Below, in pieces: positions 40,459 to 49,422 of a stretch of 64,000 nucleotides of DNA. Source of the stretch: Bacilli bacterium (lineage in GTDB: Bacteria; Bacillota_I; Bacilli_A; RF39; UBA660); assembly GCA_017450205.1 (NCBI GenBank), contig JAFSVF010000007.1, positions 44,060 through 108,059 of the forward strand, given 5' to 3'. The notes below the pieces were generated by a model. It saw only the letters and a program-made list of their open reading frames with translations. It was not told the origin of the DNA and made no database searches. The position numbers and the translations under genes are program-made. Every line of letters starts with the position of its first letter. Within the stretch, counting starts at the first letter, position 1.

Positions 40459-41463
40459 ATGTATCAAAAATTATTTCCTGAAATGTTAAAATTTGATAAT
40501 AAATTTCCTTTATATTATTGGATTTCACTTTCTAATAAATGTAATGCTAATTGTAAATTTTGTGATATTCACGAGAAAGAAGATATTAATACTAAAGTAG
40601 ATGTTTTTAAATTATTGGATAATATTAAAAATATTGGTGGAAAATATGTTCAATTTACCGGAGGTGGAGAACCTTTCGCAAATCCTGAAATCTTTGATTA
40701 TTTAGAATATGCTACCAAATTAGGTTTAAATATTGTTTTTATAACTAATGGATTTTTTCTTACAGAATCAATTGTAAAAAGATTTAAAAATTACAATATT
40801 AGAGCTATTTTTGTTTCAATAGATAGTCATTTAGCAAAAGTGCATAATGAGACTAGAAGTGTTAATAAACTATTTGAAAGAGCTACTGCTGGTATAAATA
40901 ATATAAAGCATTTATATCCAAATATAAAAATAATAATTAATCATGTTTTAAATGATTCAAATATTGATGATTTAGATAAATTTATTGCGTTAAAGGATGA
41001 AATTAAATACGATTATTTAAATCCTATTATTGTAAAGGAATGTCCTGAGTTTTATTTTACAGATGATCAGATAGATGATTATAAAAATAAAACTAACTTA
41101 TTATTAGAATTGGCTAAAAATCATAATGTTGAATTTTTATATGATGATATAAATTATTTTGTTGATTCTAAATATTTAAACGATGGTTCTGATTTAAGAA
41201 AAAATGATGTTCCTTGTAATGCTTTAAATTACGCTTCTTTTATAGATTGTGTAAGTGGAAATGTTTATCCATGTGATTGCAGTGTACATAGAGATTATGA
41301 CTATTATTGTTTTGGAAATGTTTTAGCTGATAATTTAGAAAAAATATATAGTAATGATAAATGTAAACAATTAAGAAAGGAATTAAAATGTGCGAGTAAG
41401 TGTAAGTCAAAATGTGATTATGCTAATGTTCATTTTAATTTACTAGTTAATGAAAAAAAATAG
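40459..41463 (+). CDS. radical SAM enzyme with C-terminal SPASM-like Cys-rich domain
   Basis: CNANCKFC (CxxxCxxC) motif. C-terminal cysteines CNALNYASFIDC...CDC...C...CKQLRKELKCASKCKSKC. Confidence 0.85.
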   Translation: MYQKLFPEMLKFDNKFPLYYWISLSNKCNANCKFCDIHEKEDINTKVDVFKLLDNIKNIGGKYVQFTGGGEPFANPEIFDYLEYATKLGLNIVFITNGFFLTESIVKRFKNYNIRAIFVSIDSHLAKVHNETRSVNKLFERATAGINNIKHLYPNIKIIINHVLNDSNIDDLDKFIALKDEIKYDYLNPIIVKECPEFYFTDDQIDDYKNKTNLLLELAKNHNVEFLYDDINYFVDSKYLNDGSDLRKNDVPCNALNYASFIDCVSGNVYPCDCSVHRDYDYYCFGNVLADNLEKIYSNDKCKQLRKELKCASKCKSKCDYANVHFNLLVNEKK

Positions 41464-42541
41464 TATTATTCTTTTAGCGGAAGATTTTGGGTTTGGTCCA
41501 GTTACCACATTAATTGAAATAGCTAAAGAGATTAAAAGAAGAGATAAAGATATTGAATTGATATTTATTGGTCCTAAGTTTTGTATTAATAAAATAAAAA
41601 GTGAAGGATTATGTGATAAATATGTTGATATTCGTTATATGCCAGAAGAAATTGAAAAAAACATAGATCTTTTTAAAAATGCTAATAAGATCTTAGCTGT
41701 TGAGACAACTGATATTCTTATTTATTTAATTAATAATTATGATTTAAAGAATATTTATTTAGTAGATAATTTATTTTGGATGTGGGATTTTTTAGAAGAA
41801 GAATTAAAAAAATTAAAAAGATATTATATTTCCGATGTTATATCGTGTGATGAAAACATCGAAAGAATTGGACAAGGATTTAATAATTTATATAAAGTTG
41901 GAATGTTAAGACATAACTATAATAAAGATATTAAAACTGATAATAATTTGATGATTTCATTAGGCGGAGCAAAATCTTATATGTTTAATAGTGATTTAAT
42001 ATATAAGTTCTATTTAAATGTTATTAATCATATTTTAAGTAATGCTAAAGCTAAGGAATTTAAAACTATTTATATTACTGGTGGTTCTGAACTAATAGAT
42101 TATTTAAAAGATAATTTAATTGTTTTAGATAATGTTATTTTAAACACTTATAATCATGATGAATATTTAGATAAATTACATTCTTGTCGTTATGCGATTA
42201 TGTCACCTGGGCTAGGTAATTTTAATGAAATTATTCTATCTAATATTAATACAATGTTTTTATTACCAATAAATTATAGTCAATATATTCAAAGACTAAA
42301 ATTTAAAAAGTATTATGATTATTTTGATTATCAAATTAATAATAAAGAGAGTGCAATTGAAGAATATTTAGAAGAATCAATTGGAGTTAATAAAGTAATT
42401 GATAATCTTAAAAAATATGATTTTAGTAGTTTTGATGCAGAAATAGAATCATTCTTTAACAAAAATGATGTAAATAAAAAAATAGACAAGGATAAATTTG
42501 ATACGAATGGAATTTGTGAAATAGTTGATGATTTATTATAG
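41450..42541 (+). CDS. hypothetical Rossmann-like protein, possibly GT-B glycosyltransferase-like
   Basis: 363 aa. Weak resemblance to GT28/MurG-like C-terminal features (GGSE...SPGLGNFNE). Confidence 0.3.
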   Translation: MKKNSIILLAEDFGFGPVTTLIEIAKEIKRRDKDIELIFIGPKFCINKIKSEGLCDKYVDIRYMPEEIEKNIDLFKNANKILAVETTDILIYLINNYDLKNIYLVDNLFWMWDFLEEELKKLKRYYISDVISCDENIERIGQGFNNLYKVGMLRHNYNKDIKTDNNLMISLGGAKSYMFNSDLIYKFYLNVINHILSNAKAKEFKTIYITGGSELIDYLKDNLIVLDNVILNTYNHDEYLDKLHSCRYAIMSPGLGNFNEIILSNINTMFLLPINYSQYIQRLKFKKYYDYFDYQINNKESAIEEYLEESIGVNKVIDNLKKYDFSSFDAEIESFFNKNDVNKKIDKDKFDTNGICEIVDDLL

Positions 42542-42549
42542 GAGTTAAT

Positions 42550-43716
42550 ATGAAAAAGATTTGTTTTGATCCTTTTTATGGTTTAAATTATATTGGTTTT
42601 AGAGAAAAGCTTAGAGTAAATAAGATTCTTAAGAATAAAAGCTTATTTAGATATGATGGTGTAAACATGCTTTATGAGTCTGATAAAGTAGAAGAAAGCC
42701 TTAAGAACATGTTTAATGAAGATGCATTACTTGTAAATAATGGAACAAGTGCACTAAAACTTTGCTTACTAGCCAATGGAATTGGTGAAGGTGATGAAGT
42801 AATAGTTCCTTGCTTATCATTTATTGCTACAGCTGCTTCTTGTTTATCTGTTGGAGCTATTCCTGTTTTTGCAGACATTGATGAGTCATTTTCTATTGAT
42901 CCTAATTCAATAGTTGAAAGAATTACAAAAAAAACTAAAGCTGTAGTGGTTGTTCACTATCAAGGATATTCATGTGATATGGATAAAATACTAGAAATAT
43001 GCAGAAAATATAATTTAGCTTTAATTGAAGATTGTGCTCAAGCTTTTGGTAGTAAGTATAATAATAAATTAATTGGTACATTTGGAAATAGTTCTGCTTT
43101 TAGTTTTCAAGCTTGCAAAGTTATAACTTGTGGAGAAGGTGGAGCTGTTATTTCTAAAGTTAATATGGATTATATTAATAGATATGCTGATAATGGTGGT
43201 TATAGAGAAAAAGACATGATGCCACTATGGAATAAAAGTTTTACAAGTTTTGGTGAAAATTTCAAAATAACAGATTATCAAAGTGCGTTATTAAGCATTC
43301 AATTAACGAGATTAGATAAAATAATTAATCATCAAAAATTAATATTTAATGCATTAACTGAAGGATTAAATAAATATAATCTTAGAAAGATTAATAAAAG
43401 TTCTGATATTATTCCTATGTCATTATGTGTTACTTTTAAAACTAAAATAGAATGCGATAAGTTTATTGATTATATGAATGACAATGGTATTGAATTTTCG
43501 AAAAGAATAACTAATTTTTTACCCAAATATAATACATTTGAAAAAGGTTTATCCCCTTATAAAAATAATTTTCCTTATAAGAATTATAAGGTTCAAATTT
43601 GTTTAAAAAGTTTAAATCTTTTGAATAGAAGTGCTTGGTTAGTTTTGAATTCAAAATTAAGTAAAAAAGAGATAAATTATATTAAAAATAAAATGGTAAG
43701 TTATTATGAAAAGTAA
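42550..43716 (+). CDS. DegT/DnrJ/EryC1/StrS-family PLP-dependent sugar aminotransferase
   Basis: GDEVIVPCLSFIATA...PVFADID segment and the SFQACKVITCGEGG catalytic Lys motif. Confidence 0.9.
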   Translation: MKKICFDPFYGLNYIGFREKLRVNKILKNKSLFRYDGVNMLYESDKVEESLKNMFNEDALLVNNGTSALKLCLLANGIGEGDEVIVPCLSFIATAASCLSVGAIPVFADIDESFSIDPNSIVERITKKTKAVVVVHYQGYSCDMDKILEICRKYNLALIEDCAQAFGSKYNNKLIGTFGNSSAFSFQACKVITCGEGGAVISKVNMDYINRYADNGGYREKDMMPLWNKSFTSFGENFKITDYQSALLSIQLTRLDKIINHQKLIFNALTEGLNKYNLRKINKSSDIIPMSLCVTFKTKIECDKFIDYMNDNGIEFSKRITNFLPKYNTFEKGLSPYKNNFPYKNYKVQICLKSLNLLNRSAWLVLNSKLSKKEINYIKNKMVSYYEK

Positions 43717-44518
43717 TTTTACAAATGATAAATTGTATAGAGATTCACTATATTTTAGATTTACAACTAATAAGATTAAGTCATCTAAGAATTTAGATAT
43801 AGTTAAATATTTTGGTAAGAATATTTGTTTTCAATATTTTGATAGTGCAATAGATGATGAAGATATATCTTTTTTAAAAAATATAAATAAATCTTCAAAT
43901 ATTCAATTTAGATACATTAATATGGATTCTAATTTATATAAGGTATTAAACATTAATTTTATTATTGATATTACAGATAAATGGAAAGCACCTATCCTAG
44001 AATTAAAGAAAAATGAAGTTGATAATTATGTTAATTCAAAATCATATAATTTTAGAAGAATGATTAAGAAGAATGATAATTATTTAAAAGAATTAAAATT
44101 TAAAAAAGGAAATACCTTTGATTTATGGAAGAATATTTTATATATAGATCAAAATAGTTGGAAGAGTGAAGAAGAAAGTGATATGTTTAATCTTTCTTAT
44201 GAACATATTACTTTGTTATCACAAATTAAGAATTCTGATATTGAAGTTGCTTATAAAAATGGCGTTCCAGTTGGTTATTCATTATTAATTTATTATAGCG
44301 GTATATATTATGCTGCTAAATGGGGAGCAACTGAAGAAGGAAGAAAATTAAATGCTGGAATAATTTGTTTATTTAATCAAATAAAAAGGTTATCTAAGAA
44401 GAAAGACTTATATATAGATTTATGGGGAAGGAATAATAAGATTTATGATAGAATTGCTACAAGTTTTATTGATAGATGTTATTTAAGGATTAGTAAAAAT
44501 GGAAGTAAAAAGAATTAA
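43706..44518 (+). CDS. hypothetical protein, possibly FemAB/BioF2-like GNAT-fold transferase
   Basis: 270 aa. Weak similarity to Acetyltransf_6-type domains. Coupled within the operon. Confidence 0.35.
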   Translation: MKSNFTNDKLYRDSLYFRFTTNKIKSSKNLDIVKYFGKNICFQYFDSAIDDEDISFLKNINKSSNIQFRYINMDSNLYKVLNINFIIDITDKWKAPILELKKNEVDNYVNSKSYNFRRMIKKNDNYLKELKFKKGNTFDLWKNILYIDQNSWKSEEESDMFNLSYEHITLLSQIKNSDIEVAYKNGVPVGYSLLIYYSGIYYAAKWGATEEGRKLNAGIICLFNQIKRLSKKKDLYIDLWGRNNKIYDRIATSFIDRCYLRISKNGSKKN

Positions 44519-45461
44519 ACTCAAAAGTTTAAAAAATATCAATGAATTAGTTGATAATTCTTATAATGGAACATCTTTTTCATATGATTTCTTTTTGAAA
44601 CTTAAAAATGTTGAATATGTTTTATGTGTTTATGATGAAGATAAATTAGTATCTTTTATGCCATTATTTGAAGATAATGGTGATTTGAATCAATCTACCA
44701 TGTATATTCCTTATGGTGGTCCTGTAATTCTATATAATTTTCCTTCTTATAGAAAAAATATTATATATACCAGAAATATTTTAAATGTTATATGTTTGTA
44801 TTTAAAGAATAATTATAAGAATGTATGTTTATCATTAGATCCATTATTAACTGATATTATTTCTTTTGTAAAAAATGGTTTTATTCCTGAAGTTAGATAT
44901 ACTTATAAGATTGATCTAAACGATAATCTTGATATGATTTATTCTAATTTTGGTAGAGATAGAAAGAAACAAATTAAGCTTTGTAAGAATTATAAAGTGA
45001 TTTTTGATGATAAGTGTTCACTTTTTGATTTAGAAAAGGCTCTTATTTGGGAATATAACTATAGTAATGATATAAGTGTAGATTTTACCAAAAAGTATTT
45101 AAGTGAAGCTATCAAAAATAATAATGGTAAAATATTTTTAGCTTCTGATGGAGAAAAAATATTAGGTGGCGTTGCGATAGTTTGGGATAATAAAAATGCA
45201 TATATTATGTATTCATATTATGATAAAACAACAACTACAGTTATTCCTTTCTTATATTATGAGATTATTAAATATTTAAAAGATCATAATATATGTGAAA
45301 ATTTAGATTTTGAAGGATCAGTATTTAAAGAAATAGAAGAATGGAATCTTTCATTTGGATCTAAGCAAGTTTTATATTTTAATTTTTATTATGGAGAAAA
45401 TAGAGAAGAATTATTTAATGACTTGTACGATTATGGTGAAAAAAATGACAAATATGTATAA
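44499..45461 (+). CDS. FemAB/BioF2-like (GNAT-fold, possibly aminoacyl-tRNA-dependent) transferase
   Basis: C-terminal segment ...IVWDNKNAYIMYSYYD...IPFLYYEIIKYLKDHNICENLDFEGS resembles FemX/BioF2-like cores. Confidence 0.45.
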   Translation: MEVKRIKLKSLKNINELVDNSYNGTSFSYDFFLKLKNVEYVLCVYDEDKLVSFMPLFEDNGDLNQSTMYIPYGGPVILYNFPSYRKNIIYTRNILNVICLYLKNNYKNVCLSLDPLLTDIISFVKNGFIPEVRYTYKIDLNDNLDMIYSNFGRDRKKQIKLCKNYKVIFDDKCSLFDLEKALIWEYNYSNDISVDFTKKYLSEAIKNNNGKIFLASDGEKILGGVAIVWDNKNAYIMYSYYDKTTTTVIPFLYYEIIKYLKDHNICENLDFEGSVFKEIEEWNLSFGSKQVLYFNFYYGENREELFNDLYDYGEKNDKYV

Positions 45462-46320
45462 ATATTATTCTAACAGTGGTACTGAATCTTTTGATGTTAT
45501 TTTTAAATCCGATTTTTTCAAAAATGGTGATGAAGTAATTGTACCTGTTTCATTATGTGAATGTGTAATTAATTCTATTATAAAGAATTCATTAGTTCCT
45601 GTTTTTGTAGATATTGATAAAAATTTTTTGATAAAAAAAGAAGACATTAAAAAGAAAATTACCAATAAAACAAGGGCAATCATTTTTGTTGAACAATATG
45701 GTTTTGATATTAATAATGTTTGTACTTATAAGAATAAGAAAAATGAAAAAATTATAAATATATTGGATTCTTGTCAAAATATCATTAAAAATAATAATTC
45801 TGATTATGATTTTATTGTTTATTCCTTTAATAAGAATAAACCTATAAGTATTGGTAAATATTCATTATTTTATTCAAGTAAAAAAATAAATTTTGAGTAT
45901 AAAATTAGTCTTAAATTAAGGTTTATTATTAATTTTAAAAGATTATTATTTTTATTTAAATATTTAAAAAGAAGACATATTTATAATTTTATAAAAAAGA
46001 ATTTGCTTATACATGGGTATTTTATTAGTCATAGTAACTCTTCATTACATAGAATAGTATTTATTATGAAAATCACAAAAAAAGGTTTTATTAAATTAGA
46101 TGATAAATTATATGAATTTTTAGATAAGAATAATTTTAATTGTGTTCAAACTACAATTGAAGTTTCACCATTTGAAAGATTAAAAATTAAAGACGAGTTT
46201 AAACAATTTAATGATTATAGATATAAAGCATTGTATTTTAGACCATCATTCAAAAAAAGTGAATATTTAAAAGTTATTAAATACTTGAATGATATATGGG
46301 GTGATTTAAATGAAAATTGA
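45445..46320 (+). CDS. divergent N-terminally truncated DegT-like protein
   Basis: GDEVIVPVSLCECVINSI...PVFVDID...TRAIIFVEQYG and YSFNKNKPISIG mirror DegT motifs, but the protein is about 80 aa shorter. The ATG at 45445 overlaps the upstream stop. Confidence 0.4.
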   Translation: MTNMYKYYSNSGTESFDVIFKSDFFKNGDEVIVPVSLCECVINSIIKNSLVPVFVDIDKNFLIKKEDIKKKITNKTRAIIFVEQYGFDINNVCTYKNKKNEKIINILDSCQNIIKNNNSDYDFIVYSFNKNKPISIGKYSLFYSSKKINFEYKISLKLRFIINFKRLLFLFKYLKRRHIYNFIKKNLLIHGYFISHSNSSLHRIVFIMKITKKGFIKLDDKLYEFLDKNNFNCVQTTIEVSPFERLKIKDEFKQFNDYRYKALYFRPSFKKSEYLKVIKYLNDIWGDLNEN

Positions 46321-47773
46321 TTATGTACATAAAGAATTAATTTCTAGAAAACCATATTTATTAGAAGATAATTTTTGTCCAAATGTAGGTTTATTTGAAT
46401 ATGGAAAATCAGAAAACGTTGATAAAGTTTTATATGGAGCAAATGTTTATAGATATGATATTTATAACTATAGAGATGATGAAGATAGGATTAAGAACCT
46501 TGGTGGTGGTGATCCTATTCAATTTAAGACGTATAAATACATAAATAAAGATATTAATTCTTATTTAAAGAAAAATAAATTAAATGATTATCCTCATACT
46601 TCAGGTGATGAAGAAGTAAAAAATAAACTAATTGATTATCTTAAAAGTATTGGTATAAGTGATGTTAATGAAGAAGAACTTCTTATAACTGCTTCTACTA
46701 CTCATGGTTATTCTTTAATTTTAAAATCTATTATTAGGCCGCATGATGTTGTAATAATACCAACACCAACTTATGGTTTATTTGTTTATGAACCTGAAAA
46801 ACTTGGCGGAAGAGTAGAGTTTATTGAACTTCATGAAGATAAGAATTGGAAATTAGATTTAAAAGAGTTTGAAGATTTAATAATTAAAATTAATAAAGAT
46901 TTAAAGAATAAATATAAAGATTTAGGATATACTCCAAGAGTAGTTTCTATTTATCATCAAAATCCTAATAATCCTTTAGGAATTACTTATTCCAAAAAGG
47001 ATAAAAAGTATTTAAAAGATTTTTTAAAAATTTGTGAAAAATATAAATTATTGGTTATTGATGATTTAGTTTATAGAGATTCAGTATACGATTTAGATGA
47101 TATATCTATACCACTTGCTTCTTTTAAAGAATATAAAGATTGTGTTATTTCTTTATTTGGTATTTCAAAATCATTTTCCCTTGCGGCATTAAGAACTGGT
47201 TTTATACACGGAAATAAATATATTATTCAAGATATCAGAGATAGTTTATTTATTCAAATGGATTCTATTTCAATGTTAAGTCAAATAGCTTTATCTAGCG
47301 TATTTAATAATGATACAAAGAGAGTTGAATATAGAGAAAAATTTTTAAGTAAAATTAAGCAAAAATATTTAGATAACCTAGATATTATTAAATTTTTTGT
47401 CAATGGTGAGACTGATATTTCATCTAGAAATAAAAGAAGAATCAAGAGATTATTAAAAGGTAATTATAATAAGTATAAAGATGGAAATAAAGATGTAAGT
47501 ATTTATCATAATCTTATTCCTAAATCTGGATTCTTTATATTATTAGATTTTTCTAAATTTAAAGGGAAAAAGATTAATAGGAAACTTATTAAAAATGATA
47601 TAGATTTCTTAATCGAGATTTATAAGTGTTCTAAAATTAAATTTCTTCCTGGTAATTCATTTGCATGGAATAATACGGATGATATTATTGGAAGAATTAC
47701 ATTTTCTAAGCCTTTTGAAACATTGTTATTTGATTTTAAATCTTTAATGGATGTTTTAAATGGTTTTAAATAG
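46310..47773 (+). CDS. class I/II PLP-dependent aminotransferase-like protein
   Basis: NPNNPLG segment and the SKSFSLAALRTG motif containing the PLP-binding Lys. Confidence 0.7.
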   Translation: MKIDYVHKELISRKPYLLEDNFCPNVGLFEYGKSENVDKVLYGANVYRYDIYNYRDDEDRIKNLGGGDPIQFKTYKYINKDINSYLKKNKLNDYPHTSGDEEVKNKLIDYLKSIGISDVNEEELLITASTTHGYSLILKSIIRPHDVVIIPTPTYGLFVYEPEKLGGRVEFIELHEDKNWKLDLKEFEDLIIKINKDLKNKYKDLGYTPRVVSIYHQNPNNPLGITYSKKDKKYLKDFLKICEKYKLLVIDDLVYRDSVYDLDDISIPLASFKEYKDCVISLFGISKSFSLAALRTGFIHGNKYIIQDIRDSLFIQMDSISMLSQIALSSVFNNDTKRVEYREKFLSKIKQKYLDNLDIIKFFVNGETDISSRNKRRIKRLLKGNYNKYKDGNKDVSIYHNLIPKSGFFILLDFSKFKGKKINRKLIKNDIDFLIEIYKCSKIKFLPGNSFAWNNTDDIIGRITFSKPFETLLFDFKSLMDVLNGFK

Positions 47774-47782
47774 GGTGTTTAT

Positions 47783-48643
47783 ATGAATAAGTATATTGAT
47801 TTACATTGTCATTCAACTTTTAGTGATGGTGATTATAGTGTTGATGAATTAGTTCAAATGGCTAAGAATAATAATGTTGGATTTTTTAGTATAACTGATC
47901 ATGATAAAGTAGATGCTTGTTCTCATAAAGTAAATGATGAGGATATAACTATGGTTAATGGAATAGAATTATCTACTTATTATAAATATAATAATGAAAT
48001 TTGTTATATTCATTTATTGGGTTATGATTTTAATCCATATAATAAGAAATTACTTAATGAACTTAAAAGAATGAGAGAGATATTAATTGATGATAGTACT
48101 AGATTTGTTAATTGTTTATTGAGTAAAAAAATACCATTAGCTCCTAATGTTATTGAACAAATAGATGTTTCTAGTTATAGACTTATTCAGGATCAATTAA
48201 AAATTGTTATGTTAAATAATGGTTATGATGAGAAATATTATAAATTTATTAGTTCTATTATTAAAGATGATTATCCATTATATGAAGATTATGAAATTGA
48301 ATTAGGTAAAGCAATTGATATTATATTAGAAGCTGATGGTATTCCTGTTTTAGCACATCCTAATAGAATTCATATAAGCGAAGAGAAAAAAGATTCTTTA
48401 ATTAAAGAGTTAAAAAATAAAGGTCTTATGGGAATTGAAAGCAATTATTCTTATTATAGTGATTATGAATTTGATTTATATTCTAAAATAGCAAAAAAAT
48501 ATTCTTTACTTGAATCAGTTGGTTCTGATTTCCACTTTTATACTAAAGAAAATAATGTTAATATAGGAAGTGGGATAAATTCTAATCTTCTAAAAGAAGA
48601 TTGCTCACTTAAGAGAGTATTGATAGAGAGGCCATTAAGATGA
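47783..48643 (+). CDS. PHP-family metal-dependent phosphoesterase
   Basis: IDLHCHSTFSDGDYSVDELV...ITDHD motif, typical of PHP/histidinol-phosphatase-like enzymes. Confidence 0.8.
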   Translation: MNKYIDLHCHSTFSDGDYSVDELVQMAKNNNVGFFSITDHDKVDACSHKVNDEDITMVNGIELSTYYKYNNEICYIHLLGYDFNPYNKKLLNELKRMREILIDDSTRFVNCLLSKKIPLAPNVIEQIDVSSYRLIQDQLKIVMLNNGYDEKYYKFISSIIKDDYPLYEDYEIELGKAIDIILEADGIPVLAHPNRIHISEEKKDSLIKELKNKGLMGIESNYSYYSDYEFDLYSKIAKKYSLLESVGSDFHFYTKENNVNIGSGINSNLLKEDCSLKRVLIERPLR

Positions 48644-49404
48644 AAAGCAAGATAGATGAAATAATGAAGAACGCAACAATTAATGATATAAGTATTGGTT
48701 GTTCAGGAGATAGTGTTAAAGAAATAGTTAAAAACGATAAAACTTATTATTTGAAAAAGGCTAAAGGGAATAAACTTGATAAAGAATATTATATGTTTAA
48801 TTATTTAAGTGAATTACATTTAGCTCCAAAAATAGTTGAGTTTAAATTTGATGGTGAATATAGTTATTTATTTACTGAAAAACTATCTGGTGATATGATT
48901 TGTTGTGATGAAATTTTTGATGATATGAATCATGTTATTGAATTAGCAGCAAAGGCAATCAACATTTTACAATCAATTGATGTTGATACTTGTCCTTTTT
49001 ATAATAATTTAAATATTAAATTAAGAACTGCTAAATATAATATTGAACATGGATTGGTAAAGACTGAAGATATGTCTGAAGAGAGCCAAAAAAGATTTGG
49101 AAGTGTAGAAAGGGCATATGAGTATTTAGTTAATAATAAAATTGTAGAAGAAAAATTAGTGTTTTCTCATGGAGATTTAAGTATTCCAAATATATTTTAT
49201 GAAAATGAAGAAATTACAGGATTTGTTGATTTAGGAGATTCTGGAATTGCTGATATGTGGTTTGATATAGCAATTTTAGTTAAATCTTTAAGAAAAAATT
49301 ATGAAACTGATGAAGCAGAGAAGTATTTATTTAAACTATTAGGAATTGAACCAAAATATGATATTATAGATTATTATATTATTTTAACAGATGTATTTTT
49401 ATAA
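48640..49404 (+). CDS. aminoglycoside 3'-phosphotransferase-family kinase (APH(3')-like)
   Basis: VFSHGDLSIPNIFYENEEITGFVDLGDSGIADMWFDIA aligns along its length with APH(3')-III-type catalytic and Mg-binding motifs. Gly-rich loop GCSGDSV...YYLKK. Confidence 0.85.
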   Translation: MKSKIDEIMKNATINDISIGCSGDSVKEIVKNDKTYYLKKAKGNKLDKEYYMFNYLSELHLAPKIVEFKFDGEYSYLFTEKLSGDMICCDEIFDDMNHVIELAAKAINILQSIDVDTCPFYNNLNIKLRTAKYNIEHGLVKTEDMSEESQKRFGSVERAYEYLVNNKIVEEKLVFSHGDLSIPNIFYENEEITGFVDLGDSGIADMWFDIAILVKSLRKNYETDEAEKYLFKLLGIEPKYDIIDYYIILTDVFL

Positions 49405-49422
49405 AAAACAGGGGGTGATATT

